Shown: positions 38,018 to 48,008 of the stretch, piece after piece
How positions within the stretch are numbered: the first letter of the stretch is position 1
Layout of the letters: every line of letters begins with the position of its first letter
Assembly: GCA_050251055.1 (NCBI GenBank)
Contig: JBFWNL010000012.1
Span: 19,805 to 83,804, forward strand
Source: Bacteriovoracia bacterium
GTDB taxonomy: Bacteria > Bdellovibrionota > UBA1018 > JBFWNL01
Reading direction: 5' to 3'
DNA length: 64,000 nt
Notes under the pieces: model-generated
The model's database searches: none
What the model saw: only the letters and a program-made list of their open reading frames with translations
What the model was told of the DNA's origin: nothing
Program-made: the position numbers and the translations under genes

Positions 38018-38887
38018 TTACGGTTTCGGCTGTTTGTTGAACTTTAAGGTTAAGGGGTAAATCTGGAAATTCACTTGATAAACCCGCTCCGCCGCCCGGG
38101 TGTCGTTCACCACCTGTTTAACGATCTCCTCGCGGCAACGGCGAAGGATTTCCTTCACCTCTTGATAGCACTCTTCGGAGATCGCCAATGTCAGTCCGCT
38201 TACGTCGCGCTCCGATTTAGGCAACCGATCGATGGCTTCGATGGCCTTCTGGATCATCTGCTTGTGGAATCGGGACACCGCGACCGAGGTCACCTCGTCG
38301 GGCGTGGTCACCACCTGGGAGGTCTGCTCCAGTTCTCCGCCCGCGGCACGCTCGATCATGCCCAAGGCTTTCAGCTCTTCGATCGCCTTCTTGGCCTGCT
38401 GGACCGGGATCACGGGAATGAGGAGCGAAGCGAGCTCCGCCACGTTCTCCACCGCCCCCGTCTTGCCGACCATCTCGCGGATAGGGATCGTGAACCAGTC
38501 GGCGAAGCAGTTGAACTCGGCCTCCCGCAGGGGATGCACCTTCTTGTAATAAGGGTCGGAAACGAGGTCCTTGGCGGCCCGCTCGCGCTCGGCCACCGTC
38601 TTAGCCTGGTTGAACTTCACCAACGCCCGGAAAAAAGTGGCTTCCCGAGCCTGCAGCTTCACGGCCTGGATCGTCTTTTCCGTGGAGGATGGAGTGAGAT
38701 TTCGCTGTCCGGTGATGATGAAAACGAAGAAGTTCGACGAGGTAAAGCCCGCGGCCTTGGCAAACGAACGGTAGGAAAACCCGGGATCGGTGGCCTTCTT
38801 GAAATTATAGTAGTCTTCCAGGTACTTCCGGTAATCGGTGTACTCGAAGAGATTCGGCTTCGGCAAGGTTCCGGGACGAGTGGCCAT
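38018..38887 (-). CDS. TIGR02147/DUF4423 family protein (N-terminal HTH)
   Basis: FEYTDYRKYL, FSYRSFAKAAGF.S, G.RNL, W....IRE, FHKQM, ERDVSGLT, VYQVNFQIYPL. Confidence 0.9.
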   Translation of the reverse strand: MATRPGTLPKPNLFEYTDYRKYLEDYYNFKKATDPGFSYRSFAKAAGFTSSNFFVFIITGQRNLTPSSTEKTIQAVKLQAREATFFRALVKFNQAKTVAERERAAKDLVSDPYYKKVHPLREAEFNCFADWFTIPIREMVGKTGAVENVAELASLLIPVIPVQQAKKAIEELKALGMIERAAGGELEQTSQVVTTPDEVTSVAVSRFHKQMIQKAIEAIDRLPKSERDVSGLTLAISEECYQEVKEILRRCREEIVKQVVNDTRAAERVYQVNFQIYPLTLKFNKQPKP

Positions 38888-38919
38888 GAATCAAAAGCTA
38901 TCAGAGGGCAACGGGAGTT

Positions 38920-39915
38920 TCAATTGCTGGCCAGCAAAGGATCATTCGGGCCCTTCGCATGCCGCTCGCCGCAGGAAAGTTTAAGTTTGTAACCCTCGGG
39001 ATCGGATTCTTCCACCTTCACGACCACACCGGCCGACTTCACTTCCTTGTCCCGAGGCTCCTCGTCCGGCTTCGCCCCCTCGTCCTTACCGTCGACGCCG
39101 ATCTTATCATCCCACTTCTCGGCGGCGGCCACGCATTGGGTATACTTCGCTTGGATCCGCGCGGCGGTCCGCAACGACTGATAGCATTCACTCGCCTTGT
39201 CCGTGAGGTTGAAATAGCAAACCGACTGCAGGGAGTCCGTGGTCACGCGCTCGGCGTCCACGCCGGCGATGCACTTACCGACGGCCCAAGCCGATTCGTG
39301 AGAAACCTCCTGCGGCGGCTGAACCCGGAAGTTCTGGGCCTGTCCATAGGAAATACTACCCGCCGAGTAGTCGGCGTAACTGTAGGTGACCTGATAGTTC
39401 AGAGTGCGCACCGGGTTCGGCGTGGGGTCGCCTGCGGCCAAACGTAGCTGGGCTTTGATCTCGAGGTCCGCGACATAGTGGTAAGAGGCCGCGATCCGGC
39501 GCGAGCGCAAGATCTTGGCCGAAACGATGGTGTAGCCATCCAACACGAAAGTCCTAGGAGTTTGAATTCGATGTCCGTCTGCATACCCGTTGTTGCCGCC
39601 CATGAAGGCGTTGGCGGCCGAGGCCTCGATGTTTCGAAAATCAAAGAAAGAAAGGTTATAGAACGGGTCTCCTGACCCTTGTTCGAATAAGTTGACACTG
39701 TCAAAGGTCCAAACCTGGGCCCGAAGCATCGCCTTACAGGAAGCCGGATCGGATAGGAAACTCTTGATCTTCAAATCCAGCACGTCGATCGCGGACAACG
39801 CCTGCCGCGCGGAAAACGAGCGTTGATTCGCCTTCAGTACCATCATCTGCGCCGTATTCTGTTGCAGTACAAACGCCGTCCCCAGCGCGATCACCATCGC
39901 TAAAATGGAATACAT
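38920..39915 (-). CDS. Pilin-like protein lacking the G|F..E5 prepilin motif
   Basis: N-terminal hydrophobic helix, L..PASC motif, C-terminal 3-Cys pattern shared with the two upstream genes; GGGAGG RBS. Confidence 0.6.
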   Translation of the reverse strand: MYSILAMVIALGTAFVLQQNTAQMMVLKANQRSFSARQALSAIDVLDLKIKSFLSDPASCKAMLRAQVWTFDSVNLFEQGSGDPFYNLSFFDFRNIEASAANAFMGGNNGYADGHRIQTPRTFVLDGYTIVSAKILRSRRIAASYHYVADLEIKAQLRLAAGDPTPNPVRTLNYQVTYSYADYSAGSISYGQAQNFRVQPPQEVSHESAWAVGKCIAGVDAERVTTDSLQSVCYFNLTDKASECYQSLRTAARIQAKYTQCVAAAEKWDDKIGVDGKDEGAKPDEEPRDKEVKSAGVVVKVEESDPEGYKLKLSCGERHAKGPNDPLLASN

Positions 39916-39954
39916 CGAAACGTCCTCCCTTATTCCATCACCCTAGCTAACCCG

Positions 39955-40740
39955 TTAAATAGATCCGCAACCCAATGATGCGTAGACCGTGGGATCACTG
40001 CCCGTGACCACGGTTTTCTTCTCTCCTTCCCCCTGCTGCGCTTCGCATTCCTCCCACTTGGCCGCGACCACCACGCTGTTCTTCAGGTTTCCACAAAGCG
40101 CGACGTTGGAATCCGTGTAGCTCGTGAGGCAGAGCTCGCGAAAATAGGCCTCCACGAAAGTATCGGCTTTCACCTGGGTCCGGCACTCCCGGACCGAGAA
40201 CGGCACGCTGCCCGCCACGGCTCCGTAAGTCACCTTCACCGGCACCGTAAAACTCAACGTGCGGTCGGATGCGCCCAGGCCCCGCTTGGCGTCGGTGTGC
40301 AGCTGAACCGCGAGCGTCAGGATCCAATCGTCCACCGATCCCGGTATCTGGGTCACCGCGCGCACGTCCACGGCACGGACTTCATAACGGCCGTGTCGTT
40401 GGCCCGCCTCCGCCACCACGATCGGCTCCGGAAGATTCACGCGGCGCTGCCGAATCCGAGCCGGGTCAAACACCGTAGTACCCGATGTCGGCACGCGCGT
40501 GACGTTCAAGCCTCCGATCGCGTCCGTGCAAAGGATGTCATTCTGGAAAAGCCGGGTTAGCTTGGACTTCAAAGCGAGCTCGTCGATCTGGGCGAAGCTC
40601 GTGAAATTTCGCCGAGCGGAGTTCGTGATGTACTGGGCCATCGCGTAGGCGCTCAACGCAACCACCGCCGCCGTCATCATGACCTCGAGCAAGCCCAGGC
40701 CGGCCCGTTGCTCGGAGGGGTTACCCGCAAAGTAAAGCAT
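39955..40740 (-). CDS. Type IV pilin/pseudopilin-like protein
   Basis: Prepilin motif RAG|LGLLEVMMTAAVV; overlaps upstream gene. Confidence 0.75.
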   Translation of the reverse strand: MLYFAGNPSEQRAGLGLLEVMMTAAVVALSAYAMAQYITNSARRNFTSFAQIDELALKSKLTRLFQNDILCTDAIGGLNVTRVPTSGTTVFDPARIRQRRVNLPEPIVVAEAGQRHGRYEVRAVDVRAVTQIPGSVDDWILTLAVQLHTDAKRGLGASDRTLSFTVPVKVTYGAVAGSVPFSVRECRTQVKADTFVEAYFRELCLTSYTDSNVALCGNLKNSVVVAAKWEECEAQQGEGEKKTVVTGSDPTVYASLGCGSI

Positions 40741-41410
40741 TGCCCTTCCCCCTCTTTACCTTGACGTCTACGTTACCGGTCTTGCGCAAGCACTGCGAAT
40801 AGGCGGCCATCACGCGGGTGGCACGAGGAAAAGTCGCGCAGATCTCTTTATCCCCCGCATCCATGCGCATCACCCGCTGGCACATCTCCAAGTACATGCC
40901 GCCGGCGAGCTGGGACGCATCGGTGTCCTGCTCGCGGCAGTCCACGACCCGACGATTGGCATCGAGCACGAGCGTGAGCGTGTAATCCAGTGCCAGTGGC
41001 TGCGGAGCTCCCCGGGGCGTGACGACCAAGCGAAGCGTCGTCAGATGATCGCTCAGCGAAAACGGCACGGGATCGCGCTCCAACACCGTCCACGAGTTGA
41101 TTTGATAGTCCGAGTCGCGCAGCCCATCGCGCGCGATGACCCCGGGTGCAGCCCCCTGGGGCGAGCTCAGCGTAATCGCCAGGCCTTCGCGGATGTCCGA
41201 ATCTCCGAACGCCGTCCGGCAGGCGGCGCGATTGTTCAGGGTCGCACGGATCAAATAATCCAGGCCCACGACGGCGGCGTGCCCGCGTGAGGAAAGTTCG
41301 GCTTGATGCATGGCGGAAGTAAAGGGTACCACCCCGAAAAGAAGCAGGACCGACCCAATGGCCGCGCCCAGCATCATCTCCACCAATGAAAACCCCTGCG
41401 ACCCCACCAC
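40721..41410 (-). CDS. Type IV pilin/pseudopilin-like protein
   Basis: Prepilin motif SQG|FSLVEMMLGAAIG; GTG start after GGGAGGG. Confidence 0.8.
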   Translation of the reverse strand: MVGSQGFSLVEMMLGAAIGSVLLLFGVVPFTSAMHQAELSSRGHAAVVGLDYLIRATLNNRAACRTAFGDSDIREGLAITLSSPQGAAPGVIARDGLRDSDYQINSWTVLERDPVPFSLSDHLTTLRLVVTPRGAPQPLALDYTLTLVLDANRRVVDCREQDTDASQLAGGMYLEMCQRVMRMDAGDKEICATFPRATRVMAAYSQCLRKTGNVDVKVKRGKGNALLCG

Positions 41411-41555
41411 GCGACGTCCCTCCCGTAAACCAGGATACCGAGTCGGCGAAACGCCGGCCACGGGCGGGGCGTCTCCGGGTCAGTTTCCGTTATCGTGCGT
41501 TTACGCAAAACGGGTCATCCGAGACACAGGCGGGGTACCGACGCCGAAAAGACGA

Positions 41556-44500
41556 TTAAAAACAGGCGCCGACCCGTTTTCCCAGGGCGTGGCAGAAGTC
41601 GGTATAACGCGTATAAAGCGCGGTCCAGCCGTCGATGGCGGAGAGCTCGGCATTGGACTGTCGACGTTGGTCGATGATGAGATCGTTGGCGGAGATGCGG
41701 CCGGCTTGAAACCGTTTTAAGTTGTCGCTCGAAATCCGTCTCGCCATGGCTTGGGCCTGGTCGCGCTCAAACGCCGATTCCAGCGCCTGCTCGAAGGCGT
41801 GCCGGGCCGAGGCAAACCCGCTCGCGGCATCGCGTTCCACCTGCTGGACCTTGTAATCAGCCACCACCGCCTCCACGCTCGCCGTCTGGTACGCGGAATA
41901 CTGCACCAGCTGATCGAAGAGAGGCACGCTCAAGGTAAGCCCGGCGCTCCAGCCGTAGTAGTCGGCGTTGCTCAGATCATAGCGCCCGTAGGCGCCGACC
42001 GCGTTGAGCGTCGGTAAGAAGCCGCGAAACTGCCGCGTTTTGCGGGCGTCGGCGGCTTCCCGAGCCAGGCTAGCCGCCTGCCAATCCGGGCGGGCCGCCA
42101 GTACCAGGCTCGAGGAGAGCCACGGCTTTTTTTTTCTCCAGGTGCCCAGGCGGTCTTCCCATGGAAAGGCGACTTCCACCTGGGTCGTGCCGAGCTTCTC
42201 GCGCAAATCCGCCTCCGCTTCCACGAAGAGCACTTCACGGTCGCGCAAGCTCGCGCGGGATTCAGCCAGATCGATGGCGACCTTATCTGCCTCTTGTCCC
42301 GAGAGGAGCCCTCGTCGATAGCGCTCCCGTGCGATCTCGAGCAGCTTTTGTTGGCTCTCGACCTCGCGTTTTAGAATCTGCCGCGACTTCTCGTTCTGAA
42401 TGCGTTTGAGTAACGCCGCCACTCCCGCGCGCTCGGCGGTGAACTCGGCTTGCTCGACCAGGTGGGTCTGCGCGTTTTCATCCGCGCGCGCGGCCTTGAT
42501 CGCTTCCCAGTCGGCTCCGAAGCGAAAGAGATTCATCGTCCCGCTGAGTTCCAAATCGGTCGTCTCTACCGTGGCGCCGGTGGCATGAGTGGCCTTGCGC
42601 GCTCCGGAAGCGCTCACGCTAGGCAGAAACGCCATCTGCGCCGCCCGGCGCTTGGCCGCGAACTCATCCATCCGTTGGGCCTCCACCTGCCGCCCCAGGT
42701 CGCGCTCCACGATGCGTGCGAGCGCGGCCTCGAACTTCAGCGGTGACTCGGCGGGCGCCGCCACCGAAGTCGCGTATGCATCCAGCGGGACTCCCAAAGC
42801 CAAACATCCGAACAACAGGCTGAGTAAGTCCGTTCGCGAGGCGCTCTCCGGCTTCGTCTTCGCCCGAAACGGAGGCGGCGTGGCTAAACCCGGCCGTCCG
42901 GTGGCCTCCGCGAACACGGTCCCGGGCGTTTCGCGCTTGCCGAGACCGCCGCGGGAACCCCGCCAGTTCAGATACGCCACTTGCAGCGAAGGCACCACGA
43001 ATAGCGTAAGCGCCATGGAGAACCAGAGCCCACCGGCCACCGCGATTCCCAGCGGCTGCAGGATACGCCCGCCCTCTCCCATCCCGAAGGCGATCGGGCA
43101 CATCGCCAAGATCGTGGTGAAGGAGGTAATCAGGATGGGGCGCAGGCGCTTGCGCCCGGCCTCGAGCGCGGCTTCGAGCGGCGAAAGGCCGAGCGCGAGT
43201 TGGCGCTTGAGAAAATCCACGAGCAGAATGCTATTGGCGACGGCCAACCCGTTGAGCAGGATCACGCCCAGGACCGAATTGAGCGAAAGCGTGCTACCGG
43301 TCAGCCAGAGCGAAAGCATTACCCCAATCACGCCCAGCGGGACCGAGACCATCACGATCAACGTGCTCACGAAGTCATTGAACTGCAGGTAGATCGTCAC
43401 GAAGATGAGCAAGACCGAAATGGCGAGCGCCCACACCAACTCCTCGAGCGCGACGGTGAGCTCTTTTTCCGGGTCGTCGAAAGTCAGCGTCACCCCGGCC
43501 GGAAGCGGGCGCGTTTTCCGCCACTCCTCGACCGTTTGCTTGGCGAGCGCGACGCGCGCGTCTTTCTCGTGCTCCTGCCCCTTGTTTAGATCCCCTAGCA
43601 CGAGGAAAACCTCGGCGCCGTTCTCGCGATAAACCGTCGGCATGACGGCCTCCTTGCGGACGTCGGCCAAGGCCTTGAGCGGTATAATCTTTTGGCCCAC
43701 GGAAATCGGCAGAGCCCCGACGTCCTCCGCGGTCGAGACTCGATCGGGCGGATAGCTCATCTGAATACTCACGTTGCGGCCATCGACGGGAAAGTAACCC
43801 ACCCAGCGACCGTTCGTCGCCACCCGCGTAAGATCCGCGAGGCTGCTGACGTCGACCGTGCTTCCGCCGGCTTTCAGGTTCGCGAACTGATTGGCGTAAG
43901 GCACGAGCGAAATAATTTCTTTACGGCGCACGTTCGGTCGCGTCCACATGTCCGGGAACACACGCTTCCCATCAAGCAGCTCGCGCAATTCTTGCGTCAC
44001 CTCGGCGCGATCCTCGACCTTTCCGCCCTGCAGGACTAGGCGCAGCTTCGGCGGGTCGGGAATCGGCAGCTCCGCCGGGTTCCACGGCCCCACCCAGTAA
44101 GAAACGTCCGGCGTGTTAGTGAACTGCTTTTGCATCCCCTTCCACACGTTCAGCATATCGGCGCGATTTCTCATGCGCGCCAAAATCGTCGCGTGTCCCG
44201 CGCCCTGGATCTGGGTGAAGGTATAGTCAATCGAGGCGCCGAAATGCTCGAGCAAGCGGGCTTCCTCGGCTTCGGCCTTCGCCTCCATCTGCGAGAGCAT
44301 CGTGTACCCGTCAGGACTAACGCTTAGGACCATCCAATCGCTGTCGGGAATGCCGATGACCTCCCGTGGAAGCTTGGGCAATACCCAAACGCAGAGCGCG
44401 ACGAGCCCCAGCACGAGCCCTCCGTAAATCGGAGCCCGCAGCCGAGAACGCGCGAAGGCACGCAAGCTAAAAATATAGAGGTTCTCGACCCCGCCCAAAA

Positions 44501-46070
44501 ACCGCTCCACCCGTCGGCGCACGGGGCCACTCTCCCCGCCGTGGAGGGCGACCTTCGCGCTTTCTCCCCGCAGCAAGTGAAAACGCACGGTGGGCACTAA
44601 AATCAGCGCCACGACGGCGGAAAACCCGTGGGAGAAAACCACCGTCTTCGCGAGATCCCCCAAAATCGCGTAGGTCAGTGACGAAGTAAACGCGAGCGGC
44701 AGGAAAACCACGAGCGAGGCGATCGTCGAGGCGATCACCGGCAGCCGCACCTCGGCGACCGCCTGCGCAATTAGGCGCAGCTTCCCTTCTAAACTCAGCC
44801 GTCGGCCCCCCTTTTGAGCACGTTCAAAGTGGCTGAAGATGTTCTCCATGACCACGACGGACGCATCGACGTTCATGCCGGCGGAAAGCGCCAGGCCTCC
44901 GAGTGAGATCAAGTTCAAATTCATGCCCGACATGCGCATCAGAATGAAAGCGAGCACCATGCTGATTGGGATTTCGATGGCCGCCGTCACCGTATTCTTG
45001 AAGCTCCCGATAAAGAAGAACAGGATCACCACCGCCAGGCCAGCGCCGATGGCGACCTCCTTGAGCACGTTGACGATGGAAGCGCGGATGAACTGGGAAG
45101 GATCCACGAGGACTTTGTATTCGACGCCGGCCGGAAACGATGGCTTCAGCGACTCCACGAAGGCCAAGATGCTTTCGGCCATGCGCTTCACGTTGGCGTC
45201 CGGCGCCGGGGTCGCGAACAAAATAATGCTCGGCGCCCCGCTCGTCTTGAAACTCTGCGCTCCGTAGGTAACGGGCGCAAGCTCGATCTTGGCCACGTCC
45301 GAGAGCGGCACGGCACGGCCCGAAGGGGTTGCGACCAGCAGACGGCCGAAGTTCTCGACCGTTTGCAGATGGCGGGGCACCTGGATGGGCACCGTCTCCG
45401 TGTCTATCTTTACGTCGCCGCCGCCGTAGCTGCTTAATCCCTGCGAGATCGCGCGCTCGACGTCGCGCGGCAGCAGCGAAAGCGAAGCCATGGTCTCCGG
45501 CTTGAGCTCAAGGCGGATCTCCCGATCATTGGGATTCCAAAGCGTCGCACTGGAAGCATCTTTGATCTGCGCGAGGCCTGGCCGCATCATCGGCTCGAGC
45601 GCGGCGTAGATATCGTCGAGCGGCATCGTGGGGCTATAGAAGCTGATCGCCAAGAATCCGCTATTCCCCCGACGCCCGTGAACACTGGTCGAGCGCCGCA
45701 TCTCATCGGGAAAGCGCGCGGCAAAAGCGTTCACGACATTGCGAATTTCCCTCTCCGCCGCCTTGGGGTCGGCGCCCCAGGCGAAGTCGACGCCGTATCG
45801 GGCCTGTCCCCGATCGTAGTTCACCGTGACATCTTCCACCTCGAGCCCGTCGGTGTTCACTCCCCGCAGCTGCCCTTCGAGCTCGTCTCCGTAGGAAGTG
45901 CGGAACTCCTCGGAGGTAACGGAGGCATGCGTGACCGTCACCCCGACATTTGGTTTCGTGGAATTAGGGAAAAGCGAGATCGGCAGCTTCAGGCCCGCGT
46001 AAACTCCGAGCGCGGCCAGCAGGCCCAGCGCGAGGTAAACGCGGTAAGGATTGCGGTACAGCTCCAACAT
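41556..46070 (-). CDS. RND permease (AcrB/AcrD/AcrF family) fused to a C-terminal TolC-like outer membrane factor
   Basis: LPISLFP, ISLGGLALSAGMNVDAS, RLRPILITSFTT, PLGIAVAGGL; after the last TM an internal signal-like stretch then FLPSVS/FLPTLN, LSVPLFD, RYRRG/RFQAG motifs. Confidence 0.88.
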   Translation of the reverse strand: MLELYRNPYRVYLALGLLAALGVYAGLKLPISLFPNSTKPNVGVTVTHASVTSEEFRTSYGDELEGQLRGVNTDGLEVEDVTVNYDRGQARYGVDFAWGADPKAAEREIRNVVNAFAARFPDEMRRSTSVHGRRGNSGFLAISFYSPTMPLDDIYAALEPMMRPGLAQIKDASSATLWNPNDREIRLELKPETMASLSLLPRDVERAISQGLSSYGGGDVKIDTETVPIQVPRHLQTVENFGRLLVATPSGRAVPLSDVAKIELAPVTYGAQSFKTSGAPSIILFATPAPDANVKRMAESILAFVESLKPSFPAGVEYKVLVDPSQFIRASIVNVLKEVAIGAGLAVVILFFFIGSFKNTVTAAIEIPISMVLAFILMRMSGMNLNLISLGGLALSAGMNVDASVVVMENIFSHFERAQKGGRRLSLEGKLRLIAQAVAEVRLPVIASTIASLVVFLPLAFTSSLTYAILGDLAKTVVFSHGFSAVVALILVPTVRFHLLRGESAKVALHGGESGPVRRRVERFLGGVENLYIFSLRAFARSRLRAPIYGGLVLGLVALCVWVLPKLPREVIGIPDSDWMVLSVSPDGYTMLSQMEAKAEAEEARLLEHFGASIDYTFTQIQGAGHATILARMRNRADMLNVWKGMQKQFTNTPDVSYWVGPWNPAELPIPDPPKLRLVLQGGKVEDRAEVTQELRELLDGKRVFPDMWTRPNVRRKEIISLVPYANQFANLKAGGSTVDVSSLADLTRVATNGRWVGYFPVDGRNVSIQMSYPPDRVSTAEDVGALPISVGQKIIPLKALADVRKEAVMPTVYRENGAEVFLVLGDLNKGQEHEKDARVALAKQTVEEWRKTRPLPAGVTLTFDDPEKELTVALEELVWALAISVLLIFVTIYLQFNDFVSTLIVMVSVPLGVIGVMLSLWLTGSTLSLNSVLGVILLNGLAVANSILLVDFLKRQLALGLSPLEAALEAGRKRLRPILITSFTTILAMCPIAFGMGEGGRILQPLGIAVAGGLWFSMALTLFVVPSLQVAYLNWRGSRGGLGKRETPGTVFAEATGRPGLATPPPFRAKTKPESASRTDLLSLLFGCLALGVPLDAYATSVAAPAESPLKFEAALARIVERDLGRQVEAQRMDEFAAKRRAAQMAFLPSVSASGARKATHATGATVETTDLELSGTMNLFRFGADWEAIKAARADENAQTHLVEQAEFTAERAGVAALLKRIQNEKSRQILKREVESQQKLLEIARERYRRGLLSGQEADKVAIDLAESRASLRDREVLFVEAEADLREKLGTTQVEVAFPWEDRLGTWRKKKPWLSSSLVLAARPDWQAASLAREAADARKTRQFRGFLPTLNAVGAYGRYDLSNADYYGWSAGLTLSVPLFDQLVQYSAYQTASVEAVVADYKVQQVERDAASGFASARHAFEQALESAFERDQAQAMARRISSDNLKRFQAGRISANDLIIDQRRQSNAELSAIDGWTALYTRYTDFCHALGKRVGACF

Positions 46071-46074
46071 GGCC

Positions 46075-47040
46075 TTAAGCTCCGGCGGCGGACTTGGCTT
46101 CGGATTCCACTTTCACCGTGTCGCCTTCGGCGACGAAGCGGCTCGCGCGCTCGATGACCTGCGCGCCGGGCGCCAGGCCTTTGAGAATCTCCACCGAACC
46201 GCGTTGTTTGCGCCCCAGCTCGACCTTCACGAACTTCACTTTCTCACCTTCCACCACGCGCACGTAAGGGTCCTTGCCCTGGTAGCGCACGGTGGACTCC
46301 TTCACCAAAAGCCCCTTGCGCTCTTGCGTTCGGAAACTCGCCTGCCCCAAAACGCCGGGCACGACGAGCGAAAGCAGCTCGGCCGCCTGCCGCGGATCTG
46401 CTTCCACTTCGCAGGTGGCGGTGCCGGTTCCGAGGTCGACGAAGGGGCTCACCCCCTTCACGCGCACGGAAACCTTTCGCGGAACCCCAGTCGAATCCCC
46501 GGCCGTCAGCACGAACTCGCCGCGCGCGCCGGCCGCGAGCTGGCGCTGGTCGGCGGCGGTGACCTCAAGCAAAATGCGCGGGTTCTGTGGATCCATCACG
46601 CTCACCAAAACGTCGCCGCGGTTCACCCGATTTCCTGGCGTCACGGCAACCTGGCTCAAAATACCGGCGACCGGCGCTTTGTGCACCACGGGCGCGTAGT
46701 CGTACGCGGGATCGGTGTGCTGGACGACCACCAAAGCTTGGCCGCGTTTCACGCGCTGGCCGAGCGGAACCAGTACCTTCATCACCATACCGTCGGTCTC
46801 GGAAGTCACGCTCGCGTTTGTGCGCGGGACAACGCGGGCCGGGTAAGTGAGCTGTTCGGAAAGCAGGTCTTCCTTCATGACGGAGACAAAAACCGTGGCC
46901 TGATCATTTGGATCGGCGCTCAAACCCGCGGGCGGAGTGGACGAATGCGCGGTACCGACGACCCCGATCGTCCCGCACCAAAACAGAACCACGACAACGC
47001 GCCTGGAAAATTCCCCCACGCTCCGGACCTTTGCCACCAT
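46075..47040 (-). CDS. RND periplasmic adaptor (membrane fusion protein)
   Basis: Lipoyl halves G.V....V..GQRVKRGQ.L and APVAG, SPFVD..TGT, VELG....VEILKGL..G..VI; very short hairpin. Confidence 0.9.
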   Translation of the reverse strand: MVAKVRSVGEFSRRVVVVLFWCGTIGVVGTAHSSTPPAGLSADPNDQATVFVSVMKEDLLSEQLTYPARVVPRTNASVTSETDGMVMKVLVPLGQRVKRGQALVVVQHTDPAYDYAPVVHKAPVAGILSQVAVTPGNRVNRGDVLVSVMDPQNPRILLEVTAADQRQLAAGARGEFVLTAGDSTGVPRKVSVRVKGVSPFVDLGTGTATCEVEADPRQAAELLSLVVPGVLGQASFRTQERKGLLVKESTVRYQGKDPYVRVVEGEKVKFVKVELGRKQRGSVEILKGLAPGAQVIERASRFVAEGDTVKVESEAKSAAGA

Positions 47041-47246
47041 ATGCCCTCACTCTCGAGACCGTTTTAGATGCAGAGCAGTATCACGGGGTAAGCAGACGAG
47101 CAAGACACCTAAATCTATTTAAGTTATTGTTTTTATTATTTTTTAATCAGTTACCATTCGAGACGGGCGCGCGCCGAGCCACAACATCATACGGCTTGTA
47201 AGAAGTCTCGCTCGGCGCTGAAATCGGCGTTACACTATTTCAAGCT

Positions 47247-47987
47247 ATGCCATTCGAATGCGCGATCGCGACCGACATCGGTCAGAAGCGCCAGCAAAAC
47301 CAAGACAATGGGGGCGTCTACCCCGAACTGGGGCTCTTCGTCGTCGCCGACGGCATGGGCGGGCACCAGGGCGGCGAAACGGCCAGCGCGATGGTCGTCG
47401 AGATCGTGCCCGACCACGTCCGCCGCGCGCAAAAGAAAAACAAGAAGTGGAATGCCCAAAAAGTCATCACGGCCGCGATCAAGGCCGCAAGCGATGCGAT
47501 CTACAAACGCTCGCAGAACGACCATCGCTTGGAAGGCATGGGCACGACCACCACTACCATCCTCTTCAAGGACGATCGCCTCACCATCGGACACGTGGGG
47601 GATAGCCGCTGTTACTTTTTTCGCCCCGGCGCCATCTGGCAACTAACGAAAGACCATTCGCTCGTCGAGGAAAACCTCCGCCAAGGCAAGATCACGCGCG
47701 AGGAAGCCAAAACTCACACCATGAAGAACGTCATCACGCGCTCGGTGGGTTTCGAACCTCAGGTCGACGTGGAAGTTTACGACATGCCCGTGGCGACGGG
47801 GGACGTTTTCCTGGTTTGCTCGGACGGGCTATCGGGTTTGGTCGAAAACGACCAGATGCTCAAGATCGTGCAGGACTCGCTCTTCAAGCAAGGCGACCTG
47901 CAGGCCACGGTGAAGCAGCTCGTGCAGGCCGCGAACCAAAACGGTGGCGACGACAACATCACGGTGCTCGTGGTGCAAATCAAATGA
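47247..47987 (+). CDS. PP2C-family Ser/Thr phosphatase (Stp1/PrpC type)
   Basis: TDIG.KR..NQD, VADGMGG, GMGTT, HVGDSR, CSDGL, GGDDNIT. Confidence 0.95.
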   Translation: MPFECAIATDIGQKRQQNQDNGGVYPELGLFVVADGMGGHQGGETASAMVVEIVPDHVRRAQKKNKKWNAQKVITAAIKAASDAIYKRSQNDHRLEGMGTTTTTILFKDDRLTIGHVGDSRCYFFRPGAIWQLTKDHSLVEENLRQGKITREEAKTHTMKNVITRSVGFEPQVDVEVYDMPVATGDVFLVCSDGLSGLVENDQMLKIVQDSLFKQGDLQATVKQLVQAANQNGGDDNITVLVVQIK

Positions 47988-48008
47988 CTGCTTCAGGGGT
48001 GAACGCGA

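Noticed and set aside
47118-47150. AT-rich IHF-like or att-like site (TAAGTTATTGTTTT)
   Set aside because: One mismatch to the IHF consensus, no integrase or second copy; probably just the divergent promoter region
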